Shown in pieces: positions 26,908 to 35,800 of a stretch of DNA of 45,032 nucleotides. Numbering within the stretch: the first letter of the stretch is position 1; each line of letters begins with the position of its first letter. The stretch lies in contig MHPP01000032.1 of NCBI GenBank assembly GCA_001822095.1, forward strand, positions 1 through 45,032, in the 5' to 3' direction. Below the pieces are notes generated by a model. It did no database searches. It was not told the DNA's origin and saw nothing but the letters and a program-made list of their open reading frames with translations. The position numbers were made by a program, and so were the translations under genes. The stretch is from Candidatus Staskawiczbacteria bacterium RIFOXYC1_FULL_38_18. Lineage in GTDB: Bacteria; Patescibacteriota; Minisyncoccia; Minisyncoccales; Staskawiczbacteraceae.

Positions 26908-27095
26908 TTGACATTTATATTTTTATATGCTATGATTAATAAGGAGCAGCTTGAAATGCCTTTTGGTCTGTTGGGAATCAGGACCATAAGGAAGTAGAGT
27001 TTTCAGCCCTTAACCCCTCCGAAAGGAGCAAGCCGGGCATATCTCCTAATATCGTCAGTTACGTTTCAACGCAACCCGATTGAAGGAGATTGAAG
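26908..27095 (+). promoter_or_regulatory. Promoter plus about 150-nt structured 5' leader that sequesters the SD
   Basis: TTGACA-N17-TATGAT with TG extension; CCTTtTGGTC/GACCAtAAGG, CTCC-GAAA-GGAG, and ATCTCCT (27041) pairing with AGGAGAT (27084). Confidence 0.6.
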
Positions 27096-27728
27096 ATGTC
27101 AGAGCAAAGATGTGGTGGATGTGGAAAAAAATTTCAACAGAACGATTCCGACCGAATCACGAGTAGCGGGAACGCTCTCGGCCGGGAGCCGGACAAGCAG
27201 TTGTGCTACAACTGCGCCTTGGAAAAGGTGACCGGCGGATCTTGCCCCGAAGAAGGCGACTTTAACACAGCGCGCCTGATTTCAGGAGAGATGACCGACC
27301 AGGAGTGGAGATGGTTGCAGGAAGACATGCGAGCTGTCGAAGAGAGTCGTTCCATCATCGAGCCTGACTCTGATGACGAGGACGATTACTACAACGACCC
27401 CGCGTGGTGCTATCGGTGCAACAGGGATACCGCTTTTTGCAAGTGCATTTGCTACGAGTGTGGCGAATTGCTTGAAGAATGCGAATGTCACTGCGCGCTC
27501 TGCGACACACCCAAGCCCGGCGGCGGACTTTGTGAAACCCATGCTCCAGGGTGGAACGAGTCTGTACAGGGTCCTGTCCCTTCAAACAGTGAGGAGGTCG
27601 GGCAATGTGAAGGCTGCGGCATCACTTTTAACATTGTGTTCGAGATTGAATCTGAGTTTCCGACTCCGTCGAAGACTATGAGATTCCTGTCTCGGCACAA
27701 CCGTAAAAAGTGCCTGAAATGCAGCTAA
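27096..27728 (+). CDS. Cys-rich (about 20 Cys) multi-CxxC orphan protein with acidic linker
   Basis: CGGC, CYNC, CYRC, CKCICYEC, CECHCALC, CEGC and CLKC; SD AAGGAG; no signal peptide. Confidence 0.7.
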   Translation: MSEQRCGGCGKKFQQNDSDRITSSGNALGREPDKQLCYNCALEKVTGGSCPEEGDFNTARLISGEMTDQEWRWLQEDMRAVEESRSIIEPDSDDEDDYYNDPAWCYRCNRDTAFCKCICYECGELLEECECHCALCDTPKPGGGLCETHAPGWNESVQGPVPSNSEEVGQCEGCGITFNIVFEIESEFPTPSKTMRFLSRHNRKKCLKCS

Positions 27729-27736
27729 CATCACAA

Positions 27737-27773
27737 GCCCCGCAACGAGCGATCGTTGCGGGGCGTTTTCTTT
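27737..27773 (+). terminator. Intrinsic terminator
   Basis: GCCCCGCAACGA-GCGA-TCGTTGCGGGGC followed by gttttcttt. Confidence 0.8.
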
Positions 27774-27790
27774 GTATGGAGTCAGTATTT

Positions 27791-30700
27791 TTAGGCTTCT
27801 TTTGGCACAAGAATCTCCTGCACGTCGTCGGCAACAATTTTTATTTCGCCTCCGCGATCGTCAACGCGCCCGGCCACAAAGACTATTTTATTCTCTTGCA
27901 ACGCAGTCGGGTTGCGTTCTAATAAATTTGGGAAAATCACAACCTCGGCTCTGCCCGACAAGTCTTCAAGTTTTATAAACAGCATTGGTTTGCCGTTTTT
28001 TGTAATAATTTTTTTAACAGAAGAAATTAATCCGCCAAACACAAGTTTTTTATCAACCAAGGTGTGGTCTACGAGTTTTATAAGAGGTGTTGTCCGCTTT
28101 TCAAAAAGTTTTTTGAAGCTGTTTAACGGGTGCGAGCTTACATAAAGGCCAAGCAATTCTTTTTCCCAGCCAAGCCTTTCAAATTCTGACGCGGGAGGGG
28201 CCGGCTCCAATTTTATTTCTTTGCTGGTTATTTTTATGCCCGAGGAAGCAAAAAGCCCCATTTGGTTTGAGTTGGTATTTTTATTGTTTTCGCGGGCAAT
28301 TTCAAGCATTTTTTCAAGGTTTTGCAAAAGCTGGTTTCTTTCGGCAAATTCGTCAAATGCTCCCGCCTTAATTAACGCCTCCATTGATTTTTTATTCAAA
28401 TCTTTTGACTTTACGCGGTTAATAAAATCGCTGATGGTTGAAAACCTCCCGTTGTTTTTTCTTTCTTCAACAATTGCGTCAATAATATTTACACCAACAT
28501 TTTTAATTGCCAGAAGCCCAAACCTGATTTGATTTTTTTCTGGCACAACAGTAAAGTTTTTTAAAGATTCGTTTATGTTTGGAGCCAGCACTTCAACGTC
28601 CATTTTTTTGCATTCATCAATTAAAAAAGAAATTCTTTCCACGTCGGCTTTTTCCGAAGTCAAAACAGATGCCATAAACTCAACAGGGTAGTGGGCTTTT
28701 AAATAGGCTGTCTGGTAGGCTATTGTGGCGTAAGCTGCCGAGTGCGACTTGTTGAATCCATACGACGCAAAAGGCAAAATCCATGTCCATAATTCCTGGG
28801 CAACCTTTTTCGAGGCGCCGTTTTTTATTGCTCCGTTAACAAATTTTTGCTCTTGCGCGTCAAGCAGGTCTTTAATTTTTTTACCAATGGCCTTTCTTAA
28901 AACATCCGCCTCGCCCAGGGTGAATCCGCAAACTTCCTGCGCAATTTTCATAAGTTGCTCCTGATAAATGCAAATTCCATAAGTATCTTTTAAAATTGGC
29001 TCAAGCGCCGGATGCAAATATTCAATTTTTTCCTTTCCGTGTTTTCTGGCAATATAATCTGGGATAAATTGCATTGGGCCGGGGCGATAGAGGGCAACCA
29101 TGGCCGTGATGTCCTCAAAAGTTGTAGATTTTAATTCTTTTAAATACCTTTTCATGCCGTCACTTTCAAGCTGGAACACAGATGTGGTCAGGGCGTCCTG
29201 CAAAAGTTTGTAGGTTTTTTGGTCGTCATAGGGAATTTTGTCCAAATCAATTGATAATTTATTGTGTAAAACATAAATTCTTGCCAGCGTGTCTTCTATT
29301 ATTGTAAGGTTTTTTAATCCCAAAAAATCCATTTTCAAAAGCCCAAGGTCTTCAATTCCGTGCATTTCATATTGGGTGATAATACCTTCTTCGCCTTCTT
29401 TGGTTGACCTTTGCAATGGCACAGAATCAGTTAAAGGATTTGCTGAAATCACAACTCCGCAGGCATGAGTTGAAGCGTGCCTGGCGACTCCTTCAAGTTT
29501 TTTCCCAAGGTCTATTAATTTTGTTGCCATTGGGTCGGTTTCATATTTTTCTTTAAATTCGTCAACTTTTTCCAGGGCTTCCGCCAGATCCATTCCCATG
29601 GGAATCATTTTTGCCATCTGGTCGCAGTAAGAATATGTATATTGCAAGGCCCTGCCAACATCTCGGATAACAGCGCGGGCAGCCATTGTTCCAAAGGTAA
29701 TAATTTGGGCTACATGGTCACGGCCATATTTTTCTCCGACATATTTTATAACTTCATCTCTTCTCCTGTCAGCAAAATCCAAATCAATATCGGGCATGGA
29801 AATCCTTTCAGGATTTAAAAATCTTTCAAAAAGCAAATTGTGTTTTAACGGGTCAACGTTTGTAATTCCGGTTAAGTAAGCAACAATAGAACCGCCGGCA
29901 GACCCGCGGCCCGGCCCCACAACAATCCTGTTTTGCTTTGCCCAGTTTACAAAATCTTGCACAATCAAAAAGTATCCGGCGAACCCGGTTTTTTCTATAA
30001 CAGAAATTTCATATTTTAGCCTGCCAATTATTTTTTGGTCAGGGTTTTTGCCGTATCTTTTTTCCAATCCCTGATAGCACAACTCTTCCAAGAATTGCGT
30101 ATCGGTTTTGCCTTCTGGCAAGGGAAACACGGGTAACTTTATTTTTCCAAGCTCAATGGTTAAATTGCACATGTCTGAAACCCTTTGCGTGTTTGCGAGG
30201 GCTTCGGGATATTCTTTGAACTCCTCCTCCATTTGCGCCGGACTTTTCATTGAGAAGTCGTCTTGTTTCATAGACAATCTTTCTGCGTCATTAATGTCGG
30301 AACCTGTGTTTATTAGCATTAAAACATCCTGAGCCTCGGCGTCTTCCTTTTTTAAATAATGAATATCGTTTGTGCAAACTAAAGGTATGCCGGTTTTTTT
30401 TGAAAGTTCAACCATTTTTTTGTTTGCGGTTGCCTGCTCAGGAATATTTTGGTGGCGCTGAAGTTCTAAATAAAAATTTCCCTTTCCAAAAAACTTTTCA
30501 TATTTTAGGGCGGTTGCCTCGGCTTCCTCATCTTTGTTTGAAATTAAGAGGCGCGGGATCTTTCCTTGTATGCAGGCGCTCATGCCGATTAATCCCTCCG
30601 CGTATTTTTCCAAGAGCTCTTCGTCAATTCTTGGTTTATAATAAAATCCGTCAAGCTGAGCTATTGAAACAAGTTTTACCAAATTTTTATAACCCTGCTC

Positions 30701-30982
30701 GTTTTTGGCAAGCAAAATTAAGTGGTTTCTTTTCTGGTCAACATTGGGCCGTTTGTCTGTGTGTTTTTCAAAAGCAACATAAACCTCGCATCCTATAATG
30801 GGCTTTATTTTTTTTGCCAGAGATTTTTTGTAAAACTCAATTGCTCCGTACATTACACCATGGTCAGTCAAAGCAACAGAATCCATTCCTAATTCTTTTA
30901 CGTAATCCAAAAGCTCGTCTATTTTAGGCAGGCCATCTAAAAGGGAATAGTGCGAGTGAACGTGTAAATGCGTAAATTTCAT
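27791..30982 (-). CDS. dnaE: DNA polymerase III alpha subunit
   Basis: PHP 'HLHVHSHYSLLDG', 'GPGRGSAGGS', 'MPDIDLDF', 'KMDFLGL', 'YGFNKSH' and a C-terminal OB fold. Confidence 0.97.
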   Translation of the reverse strand: MKFTHLHVHSHYSLLDGLPKIDELLDYVKELGMDSVALTDHGVMYGAIEFYKKSLAKKIKPIIGCEVYVAFEKHTDKRPNVDQKRNHLILLAKNEQGYKNLVKLVSIAQLDGFYYKPRIDEELLEKYAEGLIGMSACIQGKIPRLLISNKDEEAEATALKYEKFFGKGNFYLELQRHQNIPEQATANKKMVELSKKTGIPLVCTNDIHYLKKEDAEAQDVLMLINTGSDINDAERLSMKQDDFSMKSPAQMEEEFKEYPEALANTQRVSDMCNLTIELGKIKLPVFPLPEGKTDTQFLEELCYQGLEKRYGKNPDQKIIGRLKYEISVIEKTGFAGYFLIVQDFVNWAKQNRIVVGPGRGSAGGSIVAYLTGITNVDPLKHNLLFERFLNPERISMPDIDLDFADRRRDEVIKYVGEKYGRDHVAQIITFGTMAARAVIRDVGRALQYTYSYCDQMAKMIPMGMDLAEALEKVDEFKEKYETDPMATKLIDLGKKLEGVARHASTHACGVVISANPLTDSVPLQRSTKEGEEGIITQYEMHGIEDLGLLKMDFLGLKNLTIIEDTLARIYVLHNKLSIDLDKIPYDDQKTYKLLQDALTTSVFQLESDGMKRYLKELKSTTFEDITAMVALYRPGPMQFIPDYIARKHGKEKIEYLHPALEPILKDTYGICIYQEQLMKIAQEVCGFTLGEADVLRKAIGKKIKDLLDAQEQKFVNGAIKNGASKKVAQELWTWILPFASYGFNKSHSAAYATIAYQTAYLKAHYPVEFMASVLTSEKADVERISFLIDECKKMDVEVLAPNINESLKNFTVVPEKNQIRFGLLAIKNVGVNIIDAIVEERKNNGRFSTISDFINRVKSKDLNKKSMEALIKAGAFDEFAERNQLLQNLEKMLEIARENNKNTNSNQMGLFASSGIKITSKEIKLEPAPPASEFERLGWEKELLGLYVSSHPLNSFKKLFEKRTTPLIKLVDHTLVDKKLVFGGLISSVKKIITKNGKPMLFIKLEDLSGRAEVVIFPNLLERNPTALQENKIVFVAGRVDDRGGEIKIVADDVQEILVPKEA

Positions 30983-31028
30983 AATTCGTATGCCTTATTT
31001 TACTTTTTATATTATATTTATTCAACTA

Positions 31029-31057
31029 TTGACTCAAGCTCTTATATATGCTATAAT
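31029..31057 (+). promoter_or_regulatory. Promoter divergent from dnaE
   Basis: TTGACT-N17-TATAAT with TG extension. Confidence 0.75.
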
Positions 31058-31063
31058 TAATAA

Positions 31064-31318
31064 TATATAGCACATTGTCGCATCCCCCTCGTCTAACGAA
31101 CGAGGAGAGTCACGGGATCGACCGTCAAGCCGGTGGAGCGTATGTAGCGCGTTGCTGCTACTCCGCAGGGGAAGTTCTGCGTGGCTTGTCCAGCCTTTCT
31201 AATAAAGAAGGGTGTTAAAAAGGACTGGACAACACGAAGTCGCTCCCGGCGCAAATATAGCCGCGTAGAGGTTGCAAACACTTCAAAGTGAAATGAGTTG
31301 CAATCTCCGCGGCTTTTT
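31064..31318 (+). ncRNA. Putative multibranch structured RNA of about 250 nt
   Basis: CCTCGT/ACGAGG hairpin; closing stem GCCGGtGGAGCG/CGCTCCCGGC enclosing three hairpins; long terminator AGCCGCG...CGCGGCT plus T tract; no credible ORF. Confidence 0.65.
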
Positions 31319-31416
31319 ATCTAGAAATTTTTCTTGTGCATGCGCTGGACAAATTGCGAAAACTTTGTAATATAAGAGCGTTGCCCCTTTCCATTCTGGC
31401 ACAAAGGATTATTGCG

Positions 31417-31521
31417 ATGAAAAGACGCAAGCGCAGGAAAATAGTTTATTCGCCATCTCTGTGGTTTTTTGTCATTGTTGCGTTTGCTCTCGCATATTGC
31501 GTTTCGTCCATTATTCCTTAG
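31417..31521 (+). CDS. 34-aa basic plus single-TM peptide
   Basis: MKRRKRRKIVYSPSLWFFVIVAFALAYCVSSIIP*; SD AAAGGA; promoter TGGACA-N16-TAATAT (31346-31373); terminator 31541-31568. Confidence 0.55.
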   Translation: MKRRKRRKIVYSPSLWFFVIVAFALAYCVSSIIP

Positions 31522-31540
31522 CGGGAAAAAATTGCCCTGT

Positions 31541-31568
31541 GCGGAGAACATTGTTTCTCCGTTTTTTT
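31541..31568 (+). terminator. Intrinsic terminator
   Basis: CGGAGAA-cattgt-TTCTCCG plus T7. Confidence 0.7.
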
Positions 31569-31586
31569 GTGTGTTAAAATATAATA

Positions 31587-32261
31587 ATGAACTATCCGAA
31601 TTTTGACGAGGAAAAAAAGTTGTGGAAAAAGGGGTATAATTTTGTTGCAGGACTGGATGAAGCCGGAAGGGGTCCTTTGGCCGGACCGGTGGTGGCAGGA
31701 GCAGTTATTATAAATCCGAAGCACGGAATTCTAATTTCGGATTTAAAAATTCGGGATTCAAAACAAATGTCGGCTAATCAGCGCGAGGATGTTTATGAAA
31801 AAATAACCGTGTGTAAAGATATAACGTGGGGAGTGGGGATTGTTTCGGAAAAAGTTATAGATAAAATAAATATTTTGGAAGCAACAAAACTGGCAATGCA
31901 AAAAGCCATAAATAATTTACTTTCGCGCAACCCTCGTCATAAATTACGCTATCGCGCGAAAAGTGATGATGGTTTATTTTTGTTGATTGACGGGAATATG
32001 AATTTTGGATGGGGCTATAAATATAAATCTATAATAAAGGGCGACCAGAAGGTTTTTTCAATTTCCGCAGCTTCTATTATAGCAAAGGTAACTCGGGATC
32101 GCATAATGCGAAAATATCACAAAAAATATCCAAATTATGGTTTTGACAAACACAAGGGATATGGCACCAAGTCGCACTTTGCCAGTATCAAAAAATATGG
32201 GCCGTGCAAGATCCATCGGAAGACATTCCGGCCCGCAGGTCTGGAGTTATCCACAGCTTGA
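31587..32261 (+). CDS. rnhB: Ribonuclease HII
   Basis: 'GLDEAGRGPLAGPV', 'DSK', 'LIDG', 'ISAASIIAKVTRD', 'KHKGYGT' and 'HRKTF'. Confidence 0.96.
   Translation: MNYPNFDEEKKLWKKGYNFVAGLDEAGRGPLAGPVVAGAVIINPKHGILISDLKIRDSKQMSANQREDVYEKITVCKDITWGVGIVSEKVIDKINILEATKLAMQKAINNLLSRNPRHKLRYRAKSDDGLFLLIDGNMNFGWGYKYKSIIKGDQKVFSISAASIIAKVTRDRIMRKYHKKYPNYGFDKHKGYGTKSHFASIKKYGPCKIHRKTFRPAGLELSTA
31919..31964. repeat. In-frame palindromic insert in rnhB
   Basis: ACTTTCGCGC...GCGCGAAAAGT, encoding LSRNPRHKLRYRAKS before the LIDG strand. Confidence 0.5.
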
Positions 32262-32293
32262 CGTTTGTTTTTGGTTTATAAAAAAAGTATAAT
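32247..32293 (+). promoter_or_regulatory. DnaA box plus promoter, copy 1
   Basis: TTATCCACA (32247-32255), then TTGTTT-N17-TATAAT. Confidence 0.65.
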
Positions 32294-32321
32294 TAAGAAA
32301 TTAAAATTTAAAAACAAAAAT

Positions 32322-32810
32322 ATGGACAAATCAAAAGGGTCATCTTTGGTGTTTATTTTTATATTAATTTTAATAATTGTGGTTTCTCTTGCCGGCGGAG
32401 CGATACTGGGAGTTTATTATCAAGGCCAGCAAAAGCCAACGACCTCAACTATCGTGCAGGAAAATAGCGAGGCGTTTGCCGCCATGCCCGCCCTGATTGG
32501 CAACTTAAACTCGTCTATATTTCTTCCAATAACAGCCCACGGAAACGTGAAAAAAATTGACGCTAATAAAATTACCTTAAACAACGGCCAGGAAGATTTT
32601 ACAATAAATGTTAACGCCGATGCAGATGTTAATAAATTTATTGCCGACCCGGCTCAAAAGAAGGCTACAGGGGATAGCACAAACTATATTCCTCAAACAA
32701 TTAAGTTTTTAGACATTAAAGTTGGAGATACAGTAGATATTTATGTAAAAGTTTTACAAAGCGGCCAATTGCAGGGTTTTTCGGTTATGATATATCCGAT
32801 TTCAAAATAA
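32322..32810 (+). CDS. Membrane-anchored small beta-barrel (DUF5666/OB-like) protein, paralog 1
   Basis: N-terminal TM; 'GNVKKIDANKITL...F.DIKVGD.V' motif shared with 36133 and 36589; ATG 32322 is preferred. Confidence 0.7.
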   Translation: MDKSKGSSLVFIFILILIIVVSLAGGAILGVYYQGQQKPTTSTIVQENSEAFAAMPALIGNLNSSIFLPITAHGNVKKIDANKITLNNGQEDFTINVNADADVNKFIADPAQKKATGDSTNYIPQTIKFLDIKVGDTVDIYVKVLQSGQLQGFSVMIYPISK

Positions 32811-32823
32811 ATTATTTAATTTT

Positions 32824-35800
32824 TTGTCTAAAGAATTTTTAAGCATAAATAAAACAAAGTATTTTTGGACAATTATTTTTGTTTTATTTTTGTTTGGTTT
32901 AAACTTTGTGAATCCTGCAAAAGCTTCTACGGAAATATACGGCCAGACTTTTAACTATTTGTGTTCAGGAGGAAGTGGCACAAGGTGTGCGTTGCAATTA
33001 ATCGGAAGCATCGGGAAGCCCTGCGAAAACGAGTTTGGCCGTAAAGACGATTCTATGTGCAAGCCTAAAACTAATAAGCCCATCTGCAGTAGAGGTAAAT
33101 GTATATTAGGACCGGCAACTGCGGGCAAATCATGTGCTACTGTTGGTGATAATGCGATTTGTGCTCATGAAGATGGAAAATGTGGCGGTCCTTTTGCGCC
33201 GGCCGAACAACCTCCGGCCGAGGATAAGCTTTGCAAAAGCTCGGGCGGGCATTCTCCTGTATATAGCACAGACGGCCTTGAGTGGAGATGGTCTTGTTTT
33301 CCTGTTGGCACAGGAGGAACGGTTGATGCTTCCTGCCACACCCCTAAAAAATCTGCCCCGGGGGAATGTGGAGGTCCTTTTGAGCCGTCGGAGAAACCAC
33401 CAACATTGGATAAACTCTGCAAAAATAACGGCTGGGCTTCTGTTATAAATTCAGACGACCCTTATTATTGGACATGGGATTGTAATCCATCGGGGTTAGA
33501 TAATAGCAAGCCTGCTTTTTGTAAAGCTCCTAAAAAAAAGATTGATGGATTTTGCGGTAAGGACAACGGGTTTGTTTTCACACCTACAGCCGAAGCATTG
33601 CAACCTCCGTCATCTGGAAATCAGCTTTGCAAACAAGGTACGGATTTTAATTCTGCAATTGGAAAAACCAGCTTAATGTCAATTGGAAAAACCAAAACTT
33701 GGGAGTGGTATTGTTTTGGTCAGGCGGGGGGAGTGGATGCGCCGTGCAAAACACTACCGCCAGAATCTACTAATGGGAAGTGCGGGGCGTTTATTCAGGG
33801 AAAAACATTTGAAAACCTAACCGCCGATAACGAGAATTTATGTGACATCGGGCTGTCATCTGATTTTGAGTTAAGCAATGATGTTAGATGGAAATGGAAT
33901 TGTATAGGTACGGGCGCAGGAACAAGTGCTCTTTGTTATGCGTGGAAGAAAGAATTGCTGAATATGTGCGGGCCGGCGGTAAATAAAGTTATTGATAGTA
34001 CTGTCTGCACTCATTTCGCTATTGGCACTATTGCTGATGAATTGTGCAATCCTGGATATACGCCATGGCAAAATCAATTTTTCTACGATAAGCATTATTG
34101 CGCATGGGAATGCACTACCAACTTAGGACCCCCCGTTCAGCAGTGCCACAGCCAGGTTGTCCTTGGTCCAAATTGTGGGCGTGCCATCACGAAAGAATAT
34201 GCATCAGGCACTTTGTCTGTACCAGTTGACGATGCATGCTCGGGAGAGGAATTAACTTATTATGTCGATGACGAAAAAAATTTAGTATTCGATTCAAACA
34301 CAGTTAAGTGGACATGTAAAAGTAATATCGGGGGTGCCGATAGTGAATTGTGTACCGCCAGTCGCAAACCAGGTCAATACGATGCAGCTTGCGGTATTTT
34401 TAAGAATTATCCTGCAGGCACTGGAGCGGTGCCGGCTATCCATGCGTGTAATTCGGTTTCGCATCCAGATAATTCCGCAAAATTAAAATTTGTTAAGGAC
34501 TATGCATCCTGGATATGTGTAAGCAATTTGGGCGGCAAGTCCAGTGATACTTGCGAGGCAAGACAGTCATCCTCCAGCACTTGTGATGCAAGAACAGCCT
34601 GCAGTAATCACGGGACTTGTTCGGTGCCGGTTACGGGCGGTACGGCAATTAATATTTTTAACGGATTTATCGGCAGTATTTTAAATAGTTATTTAAGCCA
34701 AGTTTATAATCAATTATTTGCAGTTACAACACCAAGCGCCTGTTCTTGCAGTAGTTGTAAATGCGATAATGGATGGACAGGAAAAAATTGTAGTACGCCA
34801 ACAACCTGTACGCCAACCTGCTATAGTTCTATAGCTTGGGCTACTTGTCAGCCCGGAACAACTCAAACAGGTTCATGCGCTTCAACTAATTGTGGAACAA
34901 CACAATATATAATTTCAACAAGGCCTTGTCCTCCTGTCTCCACATGCAATTCGGCGGCAGATTGCAACGGCCGTGGAACGTGTAAGGTAGACGGCACATG
35001 TGATTGCGGGAATAGCGGTTATACTGGAACGAACTGCGAAACTTTAATTGCGGGGAATTGTTCAGCGCTGGGCGAGTGCAATAATCACGGAGTTTGCGCA
35101 GCCGGCGATACTTGCTCGTGCGATGCCGGATGGGCTTTGCCTGATTGTTCTAAGGAAATTTGTACGTCTTGGACATATAATGCTTGGACTCCAGCAACTT
35201 GTCCGTCCTCAGGAGCTCAAACAAGAACAATAGCTACCCGTACGCCAACAGGATGCACGGGTGGAACCCCAGAGGCTCTTTCGAGAACCTGCACACATGG
35301 GTCTGTCGTTAATGGAACCTGCGGAACAGCTGATGACAAAATATATCCTCAAAGCGCTACGGGATTTGGCAGTGATACTATTTGCGCAACTGGAACAGCC
35401 AGCCCAAATCCTGTTTTTCCGACTCCGGGTAATAGTGTTGAATGGAAATGTATTGGCTCCAGCGGATCGGGTCCATGGTGTATGGCTTCTCATTGTAATC
35501 CTGCAACAGACTGCAACGGCCACGGAAATTGTAATGCAACTTCAGCAGAAAGCTCTTGGTGCACCTGTAACACAGGCTGGAATACCTCAGTAAGTTGCGC
35601 AGACTGCGCCACAGATTATTATCCAACAGTATTTTACGCGTCTTCATCGGCAAACGCTTGTGTTGTGCGCTGCACCCCAACAACTTGTGGCGACCACGGA
35701 TATTGTAACTATGCAACCCCAACAACCAGCCAGCCATGCACTTGTTTAGAAGGTTGGGCAGGCAGTACCTGTAATGTTTGCGCCACAAATTATTATCCGG

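Noticed and set aside
25450-27790. Prophage, integron or diversity-generating retroelement
   Set aside because: No integrase, phage genes, attC-like sites or reverse transcriptase. The dnaE duplicate differences are synonymous-biased rather than confined to adenines of one copy.
31101-31318. RNase P RNA (GAGGAGAGTCACGGG resembles GAGGAAAGUCCGGG)
   Set aside because: It lacks the other conserved regions (ACAGAAA, GGUGAAA/GGUAAGAG, ACAGAAnnCGGCUUA), the bulged-U P4 geometry and a P1 end-pairing.
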